A DNA stretch of 64,000 nt from Squalus acanthias. Taxonomy: Eukaryota. Position 1 is the stretch's first letter. Every line of letters starts with the position of its first letter. The notes beneath the pieces are model-generated. The model ran no database searches, had not been told where the DNA came from, and was given only the letters and a program-made list of their open reading frames with translations. Positions 25,401 to 36,399 of the stretch are shown here, piece after piece. The stretch is from NCBI GenBank assembly GCA_030390025.1, contig CM059432.1:75332001-75396000 (forward strand), in the 5' to 3' direction. A program made the position numbers and the translations under genes.

Positions 25401-26750
25401 CTATATTTGGCTGTGCATCACCCCCTACTATAGCTCCACTCCGCATCCCATCCCCCTGCCAAGTTAGTTTAAACCCCCCCCACAACAGCCCTAGCAAAGC
25501 TCCCCGCAAGGATGTTGGTCCCGTTCCGGTTCAGGTGCAACCCGTCCGACTTGTACAGGTCCCAACTTCCCCAGAAACAGACCCAGTGATCCAGGAAACT
25601 AAAGCCCTCCCTCCTGCACCAACTCTTTAGCCACGCATTCATCTGCTCTATGCTCCTATTTCTATACTCACTAGTACGTGGCACCGGGAGTAACCCAGAG
25701 ATTTAGGGGGAAAAATTCAGTATCGCCCCGTTTGGGGCACAATTATCAGCCGGGCGCAAAGATTAGCGCCCGGCGCTAATTATCGCCTCCGACTGCAAAC
25801 TTGACTTTTATCGCCCCTGGAGGTGATTGGAGCGCTAAATCAGGCGCTACACATCTGTCTTAAGGCGCAAAGGCTGAGGAGCGAGGCGCTAACTCAGAGC
25901 GCTGGCGAAGCTCATGAGATGTCAGTCAGCAATGGAACACAGACACAATGGCCCCGGCCAGTTCTTAAAGGGGAGGGTTGATCTTGCTTTCCATCCACAT
26001 CCTGCTCATTGCAGCCTTGAATCTCGGCCTGGAGAGACCTGTACATCAAATCTGCTGGAAATAACAATGGAGAGGCCCAGGGAAAGAGCTCAGAGTGCAG
26101 CCCCCACAGTCTCTTCTAAATCGATACAAGGAATGGCAAATCAAAATTAACCTGCAAAGTGCTGCTCAGTACCCAAACTCCTTCACACAGCGTTGAATCT
26201 CTCCAGAAGTCTCTCTCTCTCTCTCTCAGAATGCGTGGTTCAAACATGTCACCAGCAAAAAAAGGCAGGAAGCGGTCACCTTTAAATAGTGCTCCCCCAG
26301 TCCCTTCATGACTGCAAAATGCTCCCCTCAACCTGTCGTTGCTAGCGGCAGGCGGTAAGGCAGGGGGCGCCGCTCACAATCTGCTCCGGGGCACTACCGG
26401 GGCGTTGCGCACTCGACTGACGTCACGATCTGCCGGCGCAGGAGATCATGGCGGTACTGTTTAGCGCCACCGCAAAATGTCTAGTTAATTTCGTGAACGG
26501 CGCAAACATCGCTGCACCCGGGCGCTAGTTGCTTTGCGCCACATTAGCGCCCTCTTAAGGTGATAACGGGAGGCGCAACCAACTGAATTTTTCCCCCTTA
26601 ATCTGTTACCTAGTTCCCTAAATTTTTGTTGCAGGACCTCATCCCTCTTTCTACCTATGTCGTTGATACCAATGTGAACCATGACCTCTGACTGTTCGCC
26701 CTCCCCCTTCAGAATGCCCTGCAGCTGTTCAGTGACATCCTTGACCCTTC
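22450..26750 (-). mobile_element. Long CR1 LINE (ORF1 esterase part, ORF2 APE endonuclease and RT), degenerate
   Basis: ORF1 HIGINDIG and DGLHLN; EN NARSL, ETWL, YRPP, GDFN, SDH; RT GVPQGSVLGP, FADD; split by stops and frameshifts. Confidence 0.95.
25706..26597 (-). mobile_element. Harbinger MITE family 2 (~890 bp) inserted in CR1 ORF1
   Basis: TIR GGGGGAAAAATT / AATTTTTCCCCC; TSD TTA; inverted homolog of 42435-43327 and 52077-52968. Confidence 0.9.
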
Positions 26751-27364
26751 TGTCACTCGGCGGCCGGGTACACCTGGTCTCACCAAGCATCCCACTGTCA
26801 GTGCTCCACAGGGATGTGTTGATAGTCCACACACCCCTCCTGTGCTGCTGGCCTTGTATAGAGTGGACTCTAGCTCCGGCTCCAACAAGTCTGAGCAGAA
26901 ACTCCCTTGTGAGGCCAGCCTAAGTTAAGGCTTGCCCAGCACACTCCCACTGATGTTATGGTGGGTGTGCCAGAAAGGCTGCAGAATTTTGGCCCGTGCA
27001 TATCTGTTTGGAGAAAAGCGGTTTATAAAAGCCATTTTGAAACATGGCACAGAGTTGAAGGATCTAAGTTTGTGCCAGTGATTTTCTAATTTTGAAAATC
27101 TGATTTCATTCCCCTGTGTTCATCCAGTCAGAGTTTGCTCTGGCTTATTGTTCTGAAGATAGCAATCAGTATGGGAAAAAGAGTTTCTTGGCAACATGCT
27201 CAACGCTGCACCAAACTGCAGGATATCAAAGTAATACATACAAGATCAATTCAGAAAATTGCTTTTTGATCTGACAAAACCCAGCCCTTCCTTCCGATGA
27301 ATGTAGGAGTCTGGGGAAGAGGAACAAGCGGATTTTTAGACTTGAGAGTTGAAAGAGCTAAATT

Positions 27365-27890
27365 AAATCCGTCTTTCGGATGGGACGTTAAACTGAGGCC
27401 CCGTCTGCCCTTTCAGGTGGACATAAAAGATCCACGGCACTATTCAAACAAGAGCAGGGGAGTTCTCTCCGGGATTCTTGCAAAATTTATCCCTCAACCA
27501 ACGTCTCTAAAGAAAAAAAATCTAATTCCTGATACAAAAGCAAAATACTGCGGATGCTGGAAATCTGAAATAAAAACAGAAAATGCTGGAAATACTCAGC
27601 AGGTCAGGCAGCATCCGTGGAGAGAGAAACAGAGTTAACATTCATCGACCTGAAATGTTAACTGTTTCTCTCTCCACAGGTGCTACCTGACCTGCTGAGT
27701 ATTTCCAGCATTTTCTTTTTTGATCTCATTTCTGTTTGTGGGAGCTTGCTGTGCGCAAGATCAATTTGGCTGCTGCGTTTCGCTATATTACAACAGTGAC
27801 TACACTTCAAAAGTACTTCATTGGCTGTAATGTGCTTTGGGACATCCTGAGGTTGTGAAAGGAATTATATAAATGCAAGTTCTTTCTTTT
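27365..27890 (+). mobile_element. Deu-SINE (SacSINE1-like), 5' truncated
   Basis: Deu-domain GACGTTAAACTGAGGCCCCGTCTGC...GTGGACATAAAAGATCC; tail TATAAATGCAAG. Confidence 0.8.
27531..27720. mobile_element. Penelope pseudo-LTR inverted remnant inside the Deu-SINE
   Basis: Inverted arms ~27578-27642 / 27653-27716 homologous to 668-740. Confidence 0.82.
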
Positions 27891-28603
27891 AATGTTCATC
27901 ATCACCACTACAAATATCTTGATAGTTGTTTTCTGATCATCTTCACCATGATTATTAACTGAATATTAATATTTAATACCATACTCATTAATAATGTGTC
28001 TGTGCTAGTCTGTAGCAGCCCGTTACATTAGGGAGTATAATGAGCACTTATTTGCAAGTCATAAATGGTCATGTGATATTGCAGCTCTTTTGAGAATTGC
28101 ACCTCCTCCACCTTTTACTGACATTTTCTCTTACCTGCTCCTTGTTATGATCGAGTGTAAAATAAAGCTCAGAATTTGCTAAATTGGCTGTTTCTTTCCG
28201 CAAACCGGCCAAAACCTTTCCACTGCTTCACACACTTTCTGTAATTGCTGTCGTATTGCCCTCAGCTGCTAAACCACCGACTAATCAAGCACCAATTTAA
28301 AGTGTTTCAGCTTAAAAAGAAGGAAAGCACTGAATGTCTGGATGCATGCCAAACAAGCATCGCACCTCAGTTTTTAATTACAATCCAGTCTAAAACCTTT
28401 CTGCTTTCTTGGTTGGTTGTAACCCTGCATCTTTCTTGTTTCTCTATCATTTGTTTGCATTCATCTTTAAATTTTGTTTAATTTTTGTCCGTTTTCACCT
28501 CAGTTTCTCTGTGGTTACTATTTCTGTTCTATTTTAATGCTCTGTCAGCGTCACCCTTTTCATTCCTTTTCTTGCTATTTTTAACAGTTAAATAAAAGCC
28601 TTG

Positions 28604-29308
28604 GGGGGAAAAATTGAGTCGCGCCCCCTTTGGGGCGCTAACTTCACCGGGGTGCTAAAAGTAGTGCCGCGAAAAAATGAGTGCCCCCGCGGCCAATTTT
28701 CCCAAGTAGCGCCACGAGAGGGAGGAGGGGCGCTACTGGAAGCGCCCTGCGTCCCTCTTGGGGCGCTGCGAGGCAATATCGCACCATGGTACTGCAGGCC
28801 TTCCTCCCCTTATTAAAGAGGAGGGGCCTGGCGCAGTGCGTCCCGGTGCCCAGCTGGGCCACCAGGGATCGGGAGTGCCGGCAAACGAGCCCGGCATTCA
28901 AGAGGAGTGCCGGGCTCACGGAGAGCAGCCGGCACCCCGCGGGGGGGGGGGCTTCACGGGGGCCAGGGACAGCAACGGGGTCAGGTGCTGGCAGGCGGCC
29001 AGCAACAAAAATGGCCGCCCGCTACCTCCCCTTTAACTAGCGCCGCCCCGGCCGCAGGTAGGCCCCCCCTGACCCCGTCGGACATAGCGTCCAGCGGTAA
29101 GTCAGGGGGCGCTACTGAAGATCGCGAGTGGGGCGCTGCGCACGGCGATGATGTCATCGGTGGCAGCGCAGCACCGCGGGGCGCTAATAGTTACCGCTGC
29201 CGCTAACCTCCCGCTGAATTTTGCGGGAGGTGTTGGCGACGCCGTGCCCGGGCACAAGTTGCTTTGCGCCCTATTACGGGAGGCACAAAGCAACCAAATT
29301 TCTCCCCC
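28604..29308 (+). mobile_element. Harbinger MITE family 1
   Basis: TIR GGGGGAAAAATT / AATTTCTCCCCC; TSD TTG. Confidence 0.88.
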
Positions 29309-31127
29309 TTGTATTTTTCAATGTTCTTTCTGTGTCTATTTCAATAATTGAGGGTCATGAAGGTATAGACATTGCAAAGGAGCTTTGCCTCAGCAGCACA
29401 TATAGTTCTAGCTACTGCTGCGGTTCATATCTGCACTGCTGTGTCCCGAGCCTTGAGAGATTACAGCTTTCAGTGGATTTAACATCTGTTGTTGATAGCA
29501 CTTCATCATTTATAATTTGTAACATAACATCGAGCGAACATTCTGTTGAACTGCCAGTTCATCGGTCAGCTAGAGTTTGGCATTGTAATGACCTAGTCCT
29601 TTCCATAAGGTTAGGATCCCAGAACCCTTGGAATCCTTAAATCCTGATAGTTCTATGCATTTGAGCTAATGACTGCAAACATAGACACTACGTGATCTGA
29701 CAGCACAGTGTTATAATTGAGAAGTCTAATACATGTTGTCTTCTTTTGTCTTTGAACTAATCTAAGGAATATTAATGAAAATAGTGGGCCACGATCATGT
29801 TGGTTAAGCCAGATTCATATCCACCAGTGCCCTGCAGCACTGATATCACCTGAGTTTGTGAGGTCTGTGGGAGGGCACCTCATTTACATGGGGCCAGCAG
29901 GTGCAGGGTGCATGCAGCGGAAAATCTGGCACCTCCCACCGTTGGATGAGGGTGGAAGGGATTGGTTGCCAAGGCCCCCCCACTCCCAAGATTCCAGTCA
30001 TCTCCCTTTCAGCCTCCAATGCAAGATCCATGAAATAGTTTAAAAAAACTAACCATTCCTATTGCCTGGACCCTTCAGTGAGGCCCATTTTGTCCACCTG
30101 GAGGTTGGTACACCTCATCTCACTTGGTTTACTGGTCTCCATTCTGTGCCGACTGGAAAATCCCAAATTTACAGTGAAAGTCCAAAGGAATCTCTGAAGA
30201 AATTTGGGGCCACATTTCTGAGACATCTTGGGACTGACTTTCCTGTCCAATGCAGTTGGGGAATGCTCAGTTTCCAAGTATAAAGGAGAGGAAAAGTGGG
30301 TGAAGACCCATGACACTTCTCACCCCTTTACATTGTCTCATTTTCCTTCTCCAGCACTGGAAATTATGACCAGAGGATGTGGCTCTTAGGCCCTATGCCT
30401 CGGCCCTCTCAGATCAGAGGAATGGAGGGGGACAGACAACAAATAGTTTTTCAGGGACATCACATTAGGGTTGTTGTTCTTAGGCAACAGCCAGAAAAGC
30501 CAGACATCGACAGCCATTACTCCTGCTGCAGGTTGCTCAGGCCTGCAACAATGGATACATTTATACACCCTTTTCCAGGTGCAAGGCTCTGCCCAGGAAC
30601 AGGCCTGTGCCTGGGGTCCAATATGCCTAGGCTAATGATGTGAAACTGCAAATATGTGCTATAAATGGAACAATTTAACGGCAGGCAGGCAGGGGCAGAT
30701 TTTGGGCGAGACCCGATTATGTTCAATCCCCATCCCTCTTTCTGTCTGTCAAAAATTCCAACCACGGTGAGGGTGGGTACATAATGCTCTCATCCACAAG
30801 TAGGCGGGCATATTATGATTCCATGCAAATGAGGGAAATACGTTATATGAGGTATTTTCCTCCATTTGTGCTCTAGGAATGCTAGGTGCGAGGGACATCG
30901 CTGCATCCCAGACGTTCAGTGTTGCTAAGGGCCGTAATGGTGAATTTAAAATTAAAACCATTTCTAGCAATTGTATTTTCAAAATTGGCAAAACCATGAG
31001 GGCTCAGTTTTAGAATTTTGTATTGTGCTGCTATGACCCCACAGACCCGCTTATACGGCATTAATGGATTTTCACCCCACATGAGGTGGACTCCCAAGTT
31101 GTGTTGAAAATGCTGTAGGTGTCTGCA

Positions 31128-31720
31128 TAAGAAACATAAGAAATAGGAACAGGAGTAGGCCATTTGGCTCCTCGCGCCTGCTCTGCCATTCAATAAGATC
31201 ATGGCTGATCTTCAACCTCAATTCCACTTTCCTGCACTATCCCCATATCCCTTGATTCCTCTAGAGTCCAAAAGTCTATCGCTCTCTGTCTTGAATATAC
31301 TCACAGTAACTCTACCTGAAGAAGGGGCAGGATAGCTCCGAAAGCTTGTAATTTTAAATAAATCTGTTGGACTATAACCTGGTGTTGTGCGACTTCTCAT
31401 TTTTGAATATACTCAAAGACTCAGCATCCGCAGCCCTTTGGGGCAGAGAATTCCAAAGATTCACAACCCTCTGAGTGAAGAAATTCCTCCTCATCTCAGT
31501 TTGAAAAGGCCGACCCCTTATCCTGAGACTATGCCCCCTAGTTTTAGATTCTCCAGCCAGGGGAAACAACCTCTCAGTATCTATCCTGTCAAACCCCTCA
31601 GAATCTTATATGTTTCACTGAGATCACCTCTCATTCTTCTAAACGCCAGAGAGTATAGGCCCAATCTACTCAATCTCTCCTCGTAGGATAACCCTCTCAT
31701 CCCAGGAATCAATCTAGTGA
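31128..31720 (-). mobile_element. CR1 LINE 3' fragment
   Basis: FPLAGESKTRGHSLRI...RNFFTQRVVNLWNSLP; AAGAAACAT tail. Confidence 0.88.
31304..31402 (+). mobile_element. Penelope-derived mini-element with hammerhead (31313-31350)
   Basis: TAC-CTGAAGA-A-GGGGC(AGGATA)GCTCC-GAAAGCTT-GTA; 13-bp TSD TTGAATATACTCA at 31291-31303 and 31403-31415. Confidence 0.85.
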
Positions 31721-32082
31721 ACATAAATGCTCGTCAGATGCAATTACCTCTGTCTCCAGGATTTGGACTTGGGGCAATCCATGTATGTACACAGCAATGC
31801 TGCCAAAACAGATATACTGCTCAACTGAGTGCAGTTTTATATGAAATGACAAACCAGATGCGAAACAACAAAACTAACTGAAACACCACTATCCCTAACC
31901 CTAATGTAATTCGTCTTGTTGTCTTCGATACTTTTGACACACCTATTTTAACTTCTACAAGTGGACAATATAAATGAGTTCAATAAGCAATTAGATGAGA
32001 GAAGAGATTGTGGGATCGAGATTTATCAAAAGGGGACTGGGGTCTGCAGGCTAATGGCTTTTTCCTGTTCTTAAAACTTCTT

Positions 32083-32284
32083 GGAGTAGATTTTAACTTT
32101 CACTGCTGGGCGGTAAACTCGGCTTTGCGGATTGGCCACCTGTAATACACCCAGTCAGATTTTCTTTTCCATTGACTTCCACGGAAAGGAGACTCGGGCG
32201 GGACGTGCTGGGCTGGACGTGTAACGGGCAGCCGATCTGCTACCACCAGATTTCTGCCTGGTGCTAAAAGTTTAAATCTATCCT
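32083..32284. mobile_element. Short hairpin-like MITE
   Basis: TIR GGAGTAGATTTTAACTTT / AAAGTTTAAATCTATCC with internal inverted symmetry. Confidence 0.55.
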
Positions 32285-33299
32285 CCTTGTATACTTAAAC
32301 TGTGGAAGAAATTTAACAAATGCCTAATTTTAACTGAGAATACGGCAGTTGTTTATCTTAAAGCCTTTGGATAGATACAGTTGTAACCATTTATTATTTG
32401 GTTTTCTTTGTTGCTATTTGCTTATTTGAGTGGAGGAATCCACTGCTATTTTTGTGCTGCAGATTTGTGTAAAGTTGCAACCGTTGATCTTTGGTGATGA
32501 GGGAACAGGATACACGAGAAAATTATTTACATAAGCCATTTCTAGCAAAGATGCAAAAGAATAAATCACAATCATACCAAGTGCGGAGTTTTAGATACAA
32601 TCTGAGGGCTTCTTGCTTTCCCATCCTGTGTGTCTATTATGAAGTTGGGTCATGGCCTGTTAGATAAATTCTCTTGTCTACTCTCTAGCTGCCAGCACCT
32701 GCAATAATTGCGTTTTGGTGTCCCACGGGTGGCCTTTCATTCTGGAGTCTTGAGGGTCACTCCTTCAGAGTTTTTACGTCAGACTTTTAGAATTAAAGAC
32801 CATCAGATCTGATTACTCTGGTTTCCCCTGTGTCTGCAGTCTGATCGATTCAGTCAAGGTTTCCAATCCTAATTGGTCCTGAGGCATAACTGCTCTGACC
32901 TGTGTAAATAACAAATGGATTAAAGTAAATCTGTTGGATACTTTTTCCTCAATGCACAGCATAAACAAATGGAAGCAAAAGCCTTCTTGTATTTAGTGAC
33001 TGCAATTTTACTTACAAATTCACATCTACAAATGCAAGAAATTCTTTCGTGCGGATGTAAAAACCCAAAGCAATCTCTTCATGATGCTCTTAATGCATTA
33101 TTCATTTCAGCTTGATACTCTCTATTGACCCATCTTTTAGTCTTTTCTCTCCTCTTATTCTGCCAAGAAGACTGCTAATTAACTGCATCCATAATCAGGA
33201 CTTAAAGAAACACTTTGATGAATTTTATTGCATGATATTCTGTCAACACATCCAGAATATAAATGAATGAAAGCATTTAATTTCTTTGTGTTAAAACAC

Positions 33300-35031
33300 T
33301 GAGTGGTTTACCCACTTTATACCGTTCCTGATCTAATGATATGCATCCCTCTCAAGAACTAGCGCAGTCATTGGCACCCTGGGGGGCATAGATAGCGAGT
33401 TACAGGGGCCTGCACCAGGTAAAACATAAAGCACAAGTGAGCAGGAGCAGGAGCAGGGACTGATGGTAGGAACAGCCCAGGAGACAGCTCGGAGATAGAG
33501 GGTACCGTCCTCTCCTAGCTCTGCTGAGCGGGACAGAGATGTGGATGTCTGGGGTCCGGCCACTAAAAGAAAAATGTGCGAGGCACACAAGTAATTATAT
33601 GAGGTATTGTAAGGGCTTGTGATTGTTGGTGAGGGAAGTGATGGAGGGGTGGTGATTACTTTGAATGGTGGAGGTGGGAGGAAAAGGGCTGCGAGCAGGA
33701 GCAATGCAAGAGATGGGGAAGGAAGGAGGTATGCTGACCTTTCCTGATCTAGTGATGTCATTGAATCTCTTGTGGCACTGTATCCAGGTCCTCGAGGTGA
33801 TGCTCCTGCTGCTAACTTCTTCTGCCACCTCCAAGCAGGCTTTCCTTGTGACGCTGTTTGACTTTCTCTTGCCACTTTGTGGAAATAGCACTTCCCTCCT
33901 GGCCCTCACAGCAGCGAGCAGCACCTCGAAGGAGGCATCAGAAAACCTGGAGGCAACCTTACCCCTCTTGGCAGCCACCTTTTAGAAGCAGAAAATGAAT
34001 TGCGGAAGCCAAATGCAGGATTCGCATTGAGTGAATGCAACCTCCCTTTAAGAGGTGCATTCACCCTTTAAGTAGTGGGCTGGGATTCCTGATGAAAATT
34101 GTGTGTTGTAAGTGGGCTGCTGCTGATGTGGTCAGCCCCCAAATCAAATGGCCCAGAAATTCGCCTCTCCGGCTTGCTGCGGGGGTAAGGATCGCGCGCG
34201 CTCTTACCTACCGTGCCTGCCGTTGTGTTTTGGGCCCACGGGAACTTTGGGTCCTGGGCCTCTCCCAACTGCCGGCGCGCAGTGCTTGCGTGTTCCAGGG
34301 GTGCAGTTAGTGCGATGCGTCCCCTGGGATCACGTGGGCCATGGAGAGCCAATGGCAGCAGACCATCTTTCATTCATAGATTTGACAGGAGACCTGTCAA
34401 ATCTATGAATTGAAATCGGCCCCAAAAGAACAGCTAAACTTAAAATAAATTAAAAAAAATACCCATCACATTTATAAAATAACTATAGTTAAATAAATTA
34501 ACCACTTTAAAGAAAAATTTAAATTTTTGAAAAAATTAAAATACTTTTTAAAAGTGATAAAAATAAACTTACCTTTCTTTAAAGTATCTAAAAAAGATAA
34601 ACCTGTTGAATTTTTTAAAAATTATACTTAATTAACTACTTACCTTGTTGAAAACGTCTCCTGCGCCTCCTTTTTAAATGTGCAGGTTCTTCAATACTTA
34701 CCCTCGCGTAGAAACCTGAAAAAAAATCTAAGTGTGCTGCGTGCGCGCAGCCTCTACCGCGCACGCGGTTCACCTAGGAACCGCCCCCTTCAACAGACCG
34801 GAAGTTCCGGTTTCCCGCGCATGCGCAGTGCATGCAGGAAACCGGCACTTCGGGACGTCTTACGGATGAGTACACACGTGTACTCACGCGGGAAGGGCCG
34901 AATTTTTGGCCCATTATAAATGAGGCCTGGCAAGTAAAATCAGCCGGGCCTCGCCAGCTTTCACATTTCTGGGTACTCTACCAGTTTTGGGCCCCCATGC
35001 ACCAATCCCGCCCCAAGTTAAAATTGAGGAC
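33300..35031 (-). mobile_element. Harbinger remnant with Myb-like exon 1 (33978-~33740)
   Basis: AAKRGKVASRFSDASFEVLL...REVLFP...RTWIQCHKRFNDITRSGK followed by a GT donor; terminus-like TTAAAATTGAGGACC near 35030. Confidence 0.75.
34150..34912. mobile_element. Harbinger-type MITE with AT-rich core, nested in the Harbinger remnant
   Basis: TIR GGCCCAGAAATTCG / CGAATTTTTGGCCC; flanks AAT/ATT. Confidence 0.75.
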
Positions 35032-36399
35032 CGTGTCTTCCTTTCCTGTATAGGACTACTGAGCCATATGAGAGCTCATGGGAAGAAACACACTACCCCA
35101 ACAGCATGACTTCATCGAGATGCCATTGGCATTTTAATGGACAAACTAGTTTTGTGGTTTAATTGATAAAAATCCCAATGAATGCAAAATGTTGGGGTTG
35201 GTGTTGATTTTGTAAACACCATCTTAACAACAAATATTATGGGAAAAAATGAAATGTTCTCACCAGGAGCTCTTCTTAAGTCCATCAGTCCCACCTGTAC
35301 AATCAGACAACTTAATGCCAGAGGTTCATTTTCATATTTCCCCGTCACCTCTTCCAACCACTGACATCCAAATGTCTCACCTGTGAAGTCACAAGTCTTG
35401 TATCAAAACGCCATGCAGATCCAGACACTTGCCAAATTTAAGAACCCACTATCGAGTAAAGATGGGAGTGGTCCCAGTCAGATATCCCTGTTGGGACAGA
35501 ATAGATGCAAAATGAAACAAGAGGTTGAATTTGCACCTGCTGTGATGCAGTCTGGAGTTAGTCTAAGACAGGCTGATAGTCCTATTTTCACAAGAGGGTT
35601 TCAGCTGCCAAGATGTTTCATAAATCCAACCAAATGTTTGACATTATCTGCCTCAAGTATTTCAGGCTGATGTGCAACATCTCAGAGATTTATTTTGAAT
35701 GTCCAGCTTTCTGTGATAATAGAAGAAACTCAAGCAGGAGTGAGGATTCAGCAATTGTGAAGCTCCAGTAACACTGTCCTTTGCTGCTCTCATTGAGAAA
35801 CTGCTGGATAATTTCAAATAAGCAGTGAGAAGATATGTATTATTACAGCAACTTTGTGAATTATTAGAATACAAAATTCCAAGCTAGTGTTTAAAGCCAT
35901 TCCTATCCATGACCATTTATTTGATGCTGTTCTTGAGGCAGCTTTAAAGATTTTCTCCAAAGGTTGTTAATCTTTTCATTCACTCAGGTGCTTTGTTCAA
36001 GTACTGAACTGAAGTGAAAATACTTCACAGTTTGGGGCTGACACAGACAATGCTATTCAATTATTGAAATAGTTGGCATCTGGCTTACAGTTTCTTCAAC
36101 AAATTTTTGATCCGTGAAGAAGCAGCCAGAAAGAAGTGTGGAAGTGTACTGCCTTATTGACAGTAATGTGAAGAGAAACAAATTATTTTGCACTGTGATT
36201 TCTAAATAAGAATATGGCTCTGGCTTTGGAAACAATGAAAACGCTGGAATCTGAGAATACATATATCCATGGGATAGTCAATATAGTTGGGGTTCATGTC
36301 AGAATTTTATTTGAGAGTGAGCTAGGGAACAGTTCTATGAATTTGGGCCTGCTACCTGTGCACCATTGGTCTGCTCACCATTCAGCAAACAACTCAACT

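Noticed and set aside
28135..28240. Minus-strand exon ending at a CAG|GTAAG donor
   Set aside because: All frames from the nearest plausible acceptor contain stops and no protein was recognised.
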